In this document: piece after piece, positions 16,420-23,864 of the stretch
How the letters are laid out: each line of letters begins with the position of its first letter
How positions within the stretch are numbered: position 1 is the first letter of the stretch
Source of the DNA: a virus
Strand: one strand, 5' to 3'
UHGV virus genome: UHGV-1462696
DNA length: 23,864 nucleotides
The notes under the pieces: generated by a model
Told to the model about the DNA's origin: nothing
Databases searched by the model: none
Seen by the model: only the letters and a program-made list of their open reading frames with translations
Made by a program: the position numbers and the translations under genes

Positions 16420-18117
16420 ATGCCAATTTACACAGATGATCCGGGACAGGGAATTAACCAGCCAATTGGCAACGCGCCAGCAGGGCTTGGCGAATCGCTG
16501 CTTTCTTCCCTTAAGCAGGGATTTGAAGAGGGGCCGGTCATGTCCGGCTACCGCTTTGCGCAGGCCGACTCGCTGGCGAATGACCCAAACTCTACAGTTA
16601 TCAGTAAGCAGGAAGCGGATGAGCTCCTGAAGCAGTACGGCGTAAAGAGCATAAACGTGCCAGATTCTGGCGTTACGCAGGCTTTTCTCGATCATGTTAT
16701 TGCCGAACGCAAAGATTCTCTGGCACGCCAGCAGATCGCGATGTCGGCACCGAGCGGGTGGGTAGCCACGCCGCTTAATTTCGCAGCCAGCCTAGCTGGT
16801 TCAATGGCAGATCCTGGTAACGTGGCGCTGGCGCTGGTTCCGTTCGCTGGAGAAGCAAAGGCGGCTTCTGTGCTTGGCCGATTTGGCGAGCGATTTGTTG
16901 CTGGTGCACGCATGGGGGCAGCGCAGGCGGTGGTGACCGTGCCGCTTACCGGGCTGGCAGCGGCGGCGGAAGGTGACGACTTCACCTATAGCAACGCGTT
17001 GGAAAGTACTTTCTTTAACACGATGGCTGGCGGTCTAATGCATGCCGGCGGCGGCCTTATCGCCGATATCGTGCGACCGCGTCGCGTTCCCGATGCTGCA
17101 ACGGGAGAGTCCCCGGCGTTTTCTGGCGATGCGCAGCCAACCCCGGTGATAACGCCTGACAACATTCCGGCGGGCGTGAATATCCCTGAGGTTGGCGCTA
17201 ACGCAGATCTGGCGGCGGCCATTTCCAGTGAAGCGGAGAGCTACGCATACAGCCGGGCTTATGACGACGTGGTTCCTGACTATATGGCGCGCCAGCAGGA
17301 GTTACAGAGCGGGCAGATCGGTAACGTTGCCGACCTGCGTGCCGAGCTTGCGGCTAATCAACGTCATGCTGACTCGCTTGATGCGACGCTGCAGCAGCGC
17401 ACCAAAAAGTATCAGGGGCAGCGGATGAAGTTTAAGGATGCGCGCTCTAGGGCACTGAAAGAGATTCAGGCCGAGAAAGACGCCATCGCTGCACGCAATC
17501 AGGAGATCAACACATCGCTGGAGCAGAACGCGACAGCAGAGCAGGCGCGCTGGCGCCAGTCTCAGATTTCCCGCGGCGATATCCCCGACGATCTGAAAGT
17601 CACCATTTCCGAGCGTGCGCAGCAGATCCTGGACGGCATGCAGATGTCGCCGGTCGCTGGCGCAGTTCGCACTGCCGCAAGCGCCATCAGGGATGCTGAC
17701 TGGAACGTGAACCAGCAGGCGTATCGCGCTGCGCTGGCACACATGATGGAAGGACGTAGCCCAGATGTTGAGCCCTTCTATGAACTGCACAAACCGGCAC
17801 TGCGTGAACGCGCCATCCATCGCATACAGAACCCGGCACGGCAGGTTGATGAAACGGCTCGCCCAGCAAGCGAAACAGCCGATCGGGTTTATCAAGAAAC
17901 GCAAAAGGCAGATCATGAAATTACCGCTGCCGCTGCAGACCTTGATAACGAGCTCAACCTGAGTAACGCCCTGCTTGACGATATCGCTGTCGATAACCCT
18001 GATCTTGCGACCACGTTGCGCCAGAAACTCAATGATATTCGTGCCGACGCCAGCGACAATAGCATGAGCAACGCTTTCCGGGCATTTGCCGCCTGTATGA
18101 TTAACCGGGGGATGTGA
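16420..18117 (+). CDS. Putative internal virion / ejection protein (565 aa)
   Basis: Ala-rich large protein within the block of large virion proteins; tightly coupled to neighbours. Confidence 0.5.
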   Translation: MPIYTDDPGQGINQPIGNAPAGLGESLLSSLKQGFEEGPVMSGYRFAQADSLANDPNSTVISKQEADELLKQYGVKSINVPDSGVTQAFLDHVIAERKDSLARQQIAMSAPSGWVATPLNFAASLAGSMADPGNVALALVPFAGEAKAASVLGRFGERFVAGARMGAAQAVVTVPLTGLAAAAEGDDFTYSNALESTFFNTMAGGLMHAGGGLIADIVRPRRVPDAATGESPAFSGDAQPTPVITPDNIPAGVNIPEVGANADLAAAISSEAESYAYSRAYDDVVPDYMARQQELQSGQIGNVADLRAELAANQRHADSLDATLQQRTKKYQGQRMKFKDARSRALKEIQAEKDAIAARNQEINTSLEQNATAEQARWRQSQISRGDIPDDLKVTISERAQQILDGMQMSPVAGAVRTAASAIRDADWNVNQQAYRAALAHMMEGRSPDVEPFYELHKPALRERAIHRIQNPARQVDETARPASETADRVYQETQKADHEITAAAADLDNELNLSNALLDDIAVDNPDLATTLRQKLNDIRADASDNSMSNAFRAFAACMINRGM

Positions 18118-20666
18118 TGGCAGCAAACGAATTTTTGACGCAGTGCGAGCGCAGTGTAAATGCTGCCGCTGGTCGCGAGCTTTCTTCCGATGAGATGGAG
18201 TCGCTGGTGCGTGACATGAACGACACCACTAGGCGAATTCTGGCGACCAATGAGGCGCTGTCTCTGGAAGAGGCCGCGATGCGCGCAGCGGAAGAACTGA
18301 GCAATGCCGATATGCTGGCAAAACAGATTGAGGCTCGCAATAAGGCAATCAACGCCCGTATTGCCGCACAACGACTTAGAGAGCTTCGTACTATCTGGAA
18401 AGACCGCCCGGATATCGGGCTTGAAGCAATGCTGGTTGGCCGCAACGATGCGCGTACCGGCGCCCGCCGGTCGGTATCTTCGGAGGTGGCGCAACTGCGC
18501 GGCAAGTATCATTCCGGTATCAACTACGATTTTGACCGTGCCGGACTGGTGCAATTCATCGCCAGCGGCAGCAATGACCGGGAAATTGCCGATGCAATGT
18601 GGCGCATAGGGCGCGGGCAGTCAACTGACGGTATGACAAAGCAATCCGTAAGCGCTGCACAAATCATCATGAAATGGCAGGAAACTGCGCGCATTGATGA
18701 GAACCGCGCCGGGGCATGGATACGCAAAGAGCCGGGCTATATAGTTCGCCAGTCACACGACATCATGAAGATCCGCGCCGCAGGTTATGAAGCATGGCGA
18801 AATGCTATTCTCCCGCGCCTTGATGAGCGCACTTTTGACGGCGTGGCTGACCGCGAGCAGTTCATGCGTAACATTTATAACGGGCTGGCTTCCGGCGTGC
18901 ATCTTACATCTGAAAAGCCCGATTGGATGAATGGCTTTAAGGGATCGGCGAACGCAGCTAAACGCGCCAGCCAAGAGCGAATTTTGCACTTCAAAGATGG
19001 TATCTCGTGGCACGAGTACAACCAGCAATTCGGCACCGGCAGCCTGCGAGAAGCGCTGTTTGGTGGCTTAAACAGCGCTGCCCGCACAACGGGCATGATG
19101 CGCGTACTGGGCACTAACCCACAGAACATGTTTAAGTACCTGACGGACGCCATTGCTGAAGATATCAGCAAATCCGGAAGACCGGCAGCGTTGGCTGACT
19201 ACATGACGAAGGTGCGTCGCATTAACCGTACCGTAATGCCGCAGGTTGACGGCTCGCTAAATATTCCTGGCAGCGTAGGCTGGGCCAATGCGTCGGCGGC
19301 TGTACGCGGCTGGTTGCGTATGAGCCAACTTGGTGGTGCGGTAATCTCATCGTTTAACGACGTGCCTATCGCCGCTACCGAGATGCGCTACCAAGGGCAG
19401 AATTTTATGCAGGCGTTGCTTGGTGCTATGAGAGGCCGCTTCACGCGTTACAACAGCGCGGAGCAGAAAGAGATCCTTTCCTCTATCGGAGTTTATTCCG
19501 ACTCCATGACGCAGGAAATCATCCGGCGCATATCTGGTGATGACACGCTGAATGGAAAGCTTGGTCGCGCGCAGCAGCTTTTCTTTAAGTACAACCTCAT
19601 GAACTTCTGGACCGAGAGCGGTCGCAACAGCAACGCCATGATGATAACCAACTGGCTTGCAAAGAATGCTGACCAGTCTCATGCGCGGCTACCGGAAGAC
19701 CTGCGACGCGTGCTGGATCTGCACGGTATTGGCGAACGTGAGTGGGAAATTTTTCGCAACATGGACATGGCCGATAGCGAAGGTCGTAAGTTCATGACGA
19801 CCAGCGGCATCCGCGGCGTGCCTGACGAAGTGATTGCCGGTTATGTAGAGAGTAAGGGGATCAAACCAACGCAGCGCGCTATCGCTGACGCACGCGATCA
19901 ATTGGAAGGGCAGTTGCGCGGCTACATCCTTGACCGCCTGAATATCGCCATGTCAGAGCCTGGCGATCGCACGCAGGCGTTTATGAAGATGGGCACGGTG
20001 CCAGGAACGGTGGCTGGGGAAGCAATACGATTCGCTGGTCAGTACAAATCGTTCACTGCAAGCTTCATGCAGAACGTACTAGGACGCGAAGTATTCGGGC
20101 GTGGTTATATTCCTGCTGGGCTTGGTGAGTCGAAAACCGGATCGCTGACGAATGCGCTGCTACGTAACGGGAAGGGGGCTTTCCTTGGTGCTGCAAACCT
20201 CTTTGTCTGGGCGACTATGTTTGGTTATATCTCCATGCAGTCAAAACTCATGCTGAAAGGGCAAACACCACGCCCGGCAGATGCCAAGACGTTTCTCGCA
20301 GCCGCATCTCAGGGGGGCGGTCTTGGCATCTTGGGTGACTTCATGTTTGGCGAGGTCAACCGCATGGGGGCCGGGCCGGTTACGTCGCTAATGGGGCCAG
20401 CAGCATCGAACGCTGACAGCATTATCACGCTGCTCCAGCAGACCACGAGAGGGGATGCAGATTTGGGTGACTGGTATCGCACGGCACTTGACAATACGCC
20501 ATTCCTCAACGTGTTCTGGCTTCGTACGGCGATGAATGGTTTAATATTGAACCGGATACAAGATGCCCTTGACCCAGGCTCTCTTGAGCGTTATCAGCGC
20601 CGTGTTGAGCGTGAGCAGGGTAACGACTTTCTGATCCCACCATCGCAGTTCATGCTAGGTAAATAA
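18117..20666 (+). CDS. Putative internal virion / ejection protein (about 850 aa)
   Basis: Large ORF, TGATG overlap with upstream gene; hydrophobic C-terminal segments (FLGAANLFVWATMFGYI) consistent with a membrane-interacting ejection protein. Confidence 0.5.
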   Translation: MAANEFLTQCERSVNAAAGRELSSDEMESLVRDMNDTTRRILATNEALSLEEAAMRAAEELSNADMLAKQIEARNKAINARIAAQRLRELRTIWKDRPDIGLEAMLVGRNDARTGARRSVSSEVAQLRGKYHSGINYDFDRAGLVQFIASGSNDREIADAMWRIGRGQSTDGMTKQSVSAAQIIMKWQETARIDENRAGAWIRKEPGYIVRQSHDIMKIRAAGYEAWRNAILPRLDERTFDGVADREQFMRNIYNGLASGVHLTSEKPDWMNGFKGSANAAKRASQERILHFKDGISWHEYNQQFGTGSLREALFGGLNSAARTTGMMRVLGTNPQNMFKYLTDAIAEDISKSGRPAALADYMTKVRRINRTVMPQVDGSLNIPGSVGWANASAAVRGWLRMSQLGGAVISSFNDVPIAATEMRYQGQNFMQALLGAMRGRFTRYNSAEQKEILSSIGVYSDSMTQEIIRRISGDDTLNGKLGRAQQLFFKYNLMNFWTESGRNSNAMMITNWLAKNADQSHARLPEDLRRVLDLHGIGEREWEIFRNMDMADSEGRKFMTTSGIRGVPDEVIAGYVESKGIKPTQRAIADARDQLEGQLRGYILDRLNIAMSEPGDRTQAFMKMGTVPGTVAGEAIRFAGQYKSFTASFMQNVLGREVFGRGYIPAGLGESKTGSLTNALLRNGKGAFLGAANLFVWATMFGYISMQSKLMLKGQTPRPADAKTFLAAASQGGGLGILGDFMFGEVNRMGAGPVTSLMGPAASNADSIITLLQQTTRGDADLGDWYRTALDNTPFLNVFWLRTAMNGLILNRIQDALDPGSLERYQRRVEREQGNDFLIPPSQFMLGK

Positions 20667-20668
20667 TA

Positions 20669-21229
20669 ATGAAGGCAATTATATTTTTTGTTTCAATATT
20701 GATGTCTGCATTTTCTTTTGCAGGGCAAAATGTTAAATGCGAACTTCAATACTTTGGAGATAACGATAAATTTAAGGTAACTCAGTTTTCTTTTATGGGG
20801 ATTCCATCTGATTCATACCTTTATACCTGTGCCGACTGTGGAGGCATCCAGATAAACGTGTTCCCATCTATTCAGACTGTTGCTTCCTACTCATTTGAAA
20901 ACAACATTGATTTCGAAAGGAAAATCAATGCTGAATACAACAGAAAAGACATAGCTAAACTTGAGATGGAAAACGTTACTCAAGGCGGGAGAATAAAATA
21001 TTCAATCACCGATACTGGTTTGGCAGAGTTTTACCCAGAGGGCAAAAAGATAAGCTACCTCTACTTTTTAGCCAAGCAACAAAATGGTAAAGAACAAGTA
21101 GGTTATTCAGGATTTGTTACCTCTAACGGGGATAAGTCATGCTCAATTATTGCGACATATCCAGGAAAAGAAATTTCTTTTCTGGGAAGTAAATCTTTAA
21201 GCTACTTTATGAATCATATATCAATGTAG
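20669..21229 (+). CDS. Secreted or periplasmic hypothetical protein (moron)
   Basis: Signal peptide MKAIIFFVSILMSAFSFA then GQN, no lipobox; strongly AT-rich codon usage unlike the flanking virion genes; starts 2 nt after the upstream stop, so likely co-transcribed with late genes. Confidence 0.6.
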   Translation: MKAIIFFVSILMSAFSFAGQNVKCELQYFGDNDKFKVTQFSFMGIPSDSYLYTCADCGGIQINVFPSIQTVASYSFENNIDFERKINAEYNRKDIAKLEMENVTQGGRIKYSITDTGLAEFYPEGKKISYLYFLAKQQNGKEQVGYSGFVTSNGDKSCSIIATYPGKEISFLGSKSLSYFMNHISM

Positions 21230-21230
21230 C

Positions 21231-21242
21231 GTGACATGTCAC
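21231..21242. repeat. Perfect 12-bp palindrome GTGACATGTCAC, copy C
   Basis: Read directly; 2 nt after the stop of the 186-aa gene and immediately before a terminator. Confidence 0.9.
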
Positions 21243-21266
21243 AGGCCGCTTTCGCGGCCTTGTTTT
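21243..21266 (+). terminator. Intrinsic terminator (AGGCCGC-tttc-GCGGCCT followed by GTTTTT) ending the + strand late transcript
   Basis: Read directly. Confidence 0.7.
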
Positions 21267-21304
21267 TAACGAATGCCACCGCCGCCCGGGCGGGAATCCG
21301 CAGA

Positions 21305-21329
21305 CACAAAAAAGCCCGCAACGCGGGCT
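21305..21329 (-). terminator. Intrinsic terminator on minus strand (AGCCCGC-gtt-GCGGGCT followed by TTTTTTGT), overlapping the stop of the YafO-like gene
   Basis: Read from the reverse complement. Confidence 0.6.
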
Positions 21330-21874
21330 TATTCCTTCCATTTATCAGAAAAAAGATCTTCTTCTAAAGGCATTGGTTCTGTTTTTGTTTTCTCAAAGAA
21401 TTGATAACTGATAGTGATTGCTTCCTCTTTAAACTCTTCTTGCTCAGTTATGTTGTGGGCATCTGCGTCAACAAAAAACATAACCAGCGCATCACGATTG
21501 TGATTTACCGAATAAACTAAAAAGCAATCACTTGTTGGTATGCATTTTACTTGCACAGACGCTATATTTTTCCATGCATCCCAAGATGATTTTTTACCAG
21601 TGTGTTTTTTATCACTATCTTCTGGAATATAGTCTTGGTTATCGACATGAGTATGCCTGACATTTAGTTTAAGCATTTCTGTCGGACGAGCAAATGCAGC
21701 ATCTTTACCAAGAGATGGATGGTATCCCGTTTTCCAATACTGGGTAAAGGCATCAGATACTTTCTTCAGCTCAAGATCAGATGCACAAAGGGCCGAGAAA
21801 TTTTGCGTATGCAATACTCGACCCTTATATCTGACAATTTGATTTTTATCATTCTGCGACGCAGACGAACTCAT
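21329..21874 (-). CDS. YafO-like toxin candidate (ribosome-dependent mRNA interferase family) with acidic C-terminal tail
   Basis: Motifs FTQYWKTGYHPSLGKDAAF, NVRHTHV and CFLVYSVNHNRDALVMFFVDADAH parallel YafO segments as recalled (FISYKRDGVLPDIFGRDALY; VAHIHL; AHLVYCQGAFDEQAWLLIAILKPEPH); AT-rich; AAGGA SD before ATG at 21874; the track ORF extends to 21901. Confidence 0.5.
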   Translation of the reverse strand: MSSSASQNDKNQIVRYKGRVLHTQNFSALCASDLELKKVSDAFTQYWKTGYHPSLGKDAAFARPTEMLKLNVRHTHVDNQDYIPEDSDKKHTGKKSSWDAWKNIASVQVKCIPTSDCFLVYSVNHNRDALVMFFVDADAHNITEQEEFKEEAITISYQFFEKTKTEPMPLEEDLFSDKWKE

Positions 21875-22028
21875 AATTTTCCTTATTGTTACGAGAATCA
21901 AAGAAAGCTCGGGATACGCGACTTGCGTGATCTTTTGTCATAGTAACTTTTACGTACTCTACGCTTCCATTGAAAGAACGTCTTGCGGCAGCTTGCGCTC
22001 TACGCATCTGCAATTTTTCGTTTCGCAT
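21849..22028 (-). CDS. Small basic ORF (59 aa, below the track cutoff); candidate antitoxin or regulator
   Basis: Hand-translated from the reverse complement: MRNEKLQMRRAQAAARRSFNGSVEYVKVTMTKDHASRVSRAFFDSRNNKENYEFVCVAE; GAGG SD 7 nt upstream; overlaps the start of the YafO-like gene by 26 nt in another frame; sigma70-like promoter TTGGTT-17-TGTAAT upstream. Confidence 0.3.
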   Translation of the reverse strand: MRNEKLQMRRAQAAARRSFNGSVEYVKVTMTKDHASRVSRAFFDSRNNKENYEFVCVAE

Positions 22029-22088
22029 GACATTACCTCATATCTCATAAGTTCATTACACGGATTAATAAAAATGAAACCAATCCGT

Positions 22089-22103
22089 TTACCCTTGAGG
22101 TAA
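22089..22103. promoter_or_regulatory. TTACC-CTTGA-GGTAA palindrome adjacent to the predicted promoter of the small-ORF / YafO-like unit
   Basis: Read directly; 61-75 nt upstream of the ATG at 22028. Confidence 0.5.
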
Positions 22104-22175
22104 TAGTACGCTATTCACCCACAGTCTGCAATCTGTACAGAATTATTTAAAGGCACATCCCTGTGCCGCCGCCCG

Positions 22176-22886
22176 TCAGAAGAACCCAGCCTTGTCGTTG
22201 ATGTACTCCGCGTGAGTCTGGATATCACGCAGGCATTTGCTCACACCAACGATGTAGCAAAACATGGTGGTCAGCTCCGCCGCCGCGCCCGATACATCGT
22301 GCCCGTCTTCCTGCAACTGGTTCAGCAAATTCATCAGCAGTGAGTTCTCCGTCAGGCCGAGAACACCAGACGGAGAATGAATCAGACTGCGGTAGCCGGG
22401 CTTCAGTGGGGCACTGTAGGTTTTGTTCTCTATCTTCATTGCCTGCATCACTGCTGATGCTGTGGCGTTGGCTACCTGGTCGGCAACCATCTTTATGCGT
22501 TCTTCCTGCGGGAGCGAGTTTTTAATGTAACTTCCGGTGCGGCGGATCTGAGGAAGAACCTCACCTGTAACCCATTTACGAAAGCGGTAGGGGATAGTGC
22601 CTGGTGTCACCGCATCGCGGCAGCGGAGGATCAGTGTGTAGAGGCCTGACTCGGAGATGATGTTGATCTCTTTTACTCGGCTGTCAAAAATTGCACGATG
22701 TTCATGCCCTATGTTGAACATAGACCTTTCATCATCATCCAGTTTTTCAAGTGCTTGGGTGACGTTTTGGATACGCAGCGCACTACAAACGTCTTGGGCT
22801 ACAAACCATGGTTGGCCATCGATAATGATGGAACGGATAGGGTTAACAGATTCAAATTTGAAGATGGCAGTTTGAGCATTAGCCAT
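22176..22886 (-). CDS. ant: Phage antirepressor-like protein (N-terminal Bro-N domain plus C-terminal Ant-type domain)
   Basis: N-terminal AIFKFESVNPIRSIIIDGQPWFVAQDVCSALRIQNVTQALEKLDDDE is a typical Bro-N signature; ATG at 22886 with GGAG SD is preferred over the GTG at 22901 used by the track. Confidence 0.75.
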   Translation of the reverse strand: MANAQTAIFKFESVNPIRSIIIDGQPWFVAQDVCSALRIQNVTQALEKLDDDERSMFNIGHEHRAIFDSRVKEINIISESGLYTLILRCRDAVTPGTIPYRFRKWVTGEVLPQIRRTGSYIKNSLPQEERIKMVADQVANATASAVMQAMKIENKTYSAPLKPGYRSLIHSPSGVLGLTENSLLMNLLNQLQEDGHDVSGAAAELTTMFCYIVGVSKCLRDIQTHAEYINDKAGFF

Positions 22887-23041
22887 GGTGGTTATCTCCA
22901 CTTAGTGATTTTAATCACCACCGCAACGCCAATTACTGGTGGTGAACTGGACAAGGTTGGCGTACCGGCCTAAGTGGTACCGGCGTCCTTTCGGACCCCT
23001 GCCCAGCCCACCATAATTCGGATATGGCTGTGCTTAACGCA

Positions 23042-23065
23042 TAAAAAAACCACGTCTGGCGTGGT
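23042..23065 (-). terminator. Intrinsic terminator on minus strand (ACCACG-ccaga-CGTGGT followed by TTTTTTTAT)
   Basis: Read from the reverse complement; downstream of the truncated ant paralog. Confidence 0.6.
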
Positions 23066-23155
23066 ATGCGCCACTTAGTAACTCGGGACGCCAATCCCGG
23101 CACTGGATTTTGCCAGTGCCCGATTACTATGGCACAAGAGGAGTGCGATGTAAAT

Positions 23156-23170
23156 TTACCGCAAAGGTAA
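23156..23170. promoter_or_regulatory. TTACC-GCAAA-GGTAA palindrome embedded in the 30-nt loop of a 10-bp inverted repeat (AGAGGAGTGC 23137-23146 / GCACTCCTCT 23177-23186)
   Basis: Read directly. Confidence 0.5.
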
Positions 23171-23201
23171 ATATAAGCACTCCTCTTGGTAATTTCAAAT
23201 C

Positions 23202-23459
23202 TTATCTGGTTTGTTTTCGTAATTGTTCGGCACAATAGTCGAGATGTGTTTGCAGATCCCGCATAGACATCTGTGAGCTGGTGACGTAGTTAATCAGTGC
23301 AGTCAGTTCGGCAAGTGGGCCATCGACATTAAATCCATCCTTATCGAGATCCCGGAGTAATTTCATCAAGTGCGATCCCTCCACCAGTGACCTGACGCCT
23401 CCCGGCGTGTGAATCCTTTCGGTAAATCCGTCTTCCAGTGGATAGTGATACTGCTGCAT
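23202..23459 (-). CDS. Stand-alone paralog of the antirepressor C-terminal domain (about 85 aa)
   Basis: ERIHTPGGVRSLVEGSHLMKLLRDLDKDGFNVDGPLAELTALINYV...RDLQTHLDYC aligns with SLIHSPSGVLGLTENSLLMNLLNQLQEDGHDVSGAAAELTTMFCYI...RDIQTHAEYI in the ant product; ATG at 23459 with GGAG SD; the track ORF begins at 23525. Confidence 0.6.
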   Translation of the reverse strand: MQQYHYPLEDGFTERIHTPGGVRSLVEGSHLMKLLRDLDKDGFNVDGPLAELTALINYVTSSQMSMRDLQTHLDYCAEQLRKQTR

Positions 23460-23535
23460 CTTATCTTCTCCATGTAATAACTGTATATTTATACAGTAGC
23501 AAATAATTTGTTTGCTATCCAGCACGTTTTGCGAA

Positions 23536-23550
23536 TTACCTGAAAGGTAA
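23536..23550. promoter_or_regulatory. TTACC-TGAAA-GGTAA palindrome in the divergent region between the ant paralog and the tail fibre gene
   Basis: 17-mer TTACCTGAAAGGTAATA identical to the site at 4497; 105 nt upstream of the tail fibre ATG. Confidence 0.55.
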
Positions 23551-23654
23551 TATCTGTTCGTATTTATGGGTTATCTATCCATATGTGGTTTTTTAGGTAA
23601 TAGAATGATCGGATATGCGGCGCAACGGGTGCTGCGACTATCTGGAGATTTAAC

Positions 23655-23864
23655 ATGACGGTCTCAACCGAAGTTGACCACAACGAATACACAGGTAACG
23701 GCGTTACGACATCATTTCCGTACACCTTTAGGGTTTTCAATAAATCTGATCTGGTAGTACAGGTGGTTGACCTTGACGAAAATATCGCTGTGCTGGCTCT
23801 TGATACTGATTACACAGTTACCGGGGCTGGAGGATATAACGGCGGTAATGTAATTCTCTCGAAG
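23655..23864 (+). CDS. Tail fibre / tailspike protein, N-terminal part (truncated by window end)
   Basis: N-terminal EYTGNGVTTSFPYTF ... DTDYTV pattern is typical of the conserved particle-binding N-terminal domain of podovirus tail fibres (T7 gp17-like); the ORF runs off the window. Confidence 0.7.
   Translation, partial: MTVSTEVDHNEYTGNGVTTSFPYTFRVFNKSDLVVQVVDLDENIAVLALDTDYTVTGAGGYNGGNVILSK

Noticed and set aside
17302-18126. 274-aa minus-strand ORF inside the internal virion protein gene
   Set aside because: Antisense shadow ORF in GC-rich coding sequence; Cys/Arg/Leu-rich composition.
22887-22901. GTG start at 22901 for the antirepressor (MEITTM...)
   Set aside because: The downstream ATG at 22886 has a GGAG SD at appropriate spacing; the extension would overlap the leader palindrome.
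1-23864. CRISPR arrays, integrase/attachment site, transposases or IS elements
   Set aside because: No regularly spaced direct repeats, no recombinase-like ORF and no terminal inverted repeats were seen; the tRNA is internal to phage genes, not an att site.

Overview
The window reads as a contiguous late/morphogenesis region of a tailed phage, most likely a temperate podovirus-type prophage with a T7-like virion module in Enterobacteriaceae. All calls come from reading the sequence and the ORF track; no searches or computations were run. Gene order on the + strand: a small Cys-rich protein, terminase small and large subunits, portal, scaffold, capsid, three small head/virion proteins, T7 gp11-like and gp12-like tail tube proteins, five presumed internal virion proteins (one with a lytic transglycosylase domain), and the 5' end of a tail fibre gene. 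Two AT-rich accessory islands interrupt this backbone. Island I (2627-4600, reverse strand) is wedged between terminase and portal and carries a membrane-anchored coiled-coil protein, a small phage protein and a tRNA-Arg(UCU). Island II (20669-23654) sits between the last virion protein and the tail fibre and carries a signal-peptide protein, a YafO-like toxin candidate with a small overlapping upstream ORF, a Bro-N antirepressor and a truncated paralog of its C-terminal domain. The most striking non-coding signals are a perfect 12-bp palindrome GTGACATGTCAC present three times, each between an accessory-gene stop codon and an intrinsic terminator, and a TTACC-N5-GGTAA palindrome present six times in promoter regions. 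The best candidates for an undescribed system are the YafO-like toxin module and the membrane coiled-coil protein of island I, both probably wired into a shared operator network.
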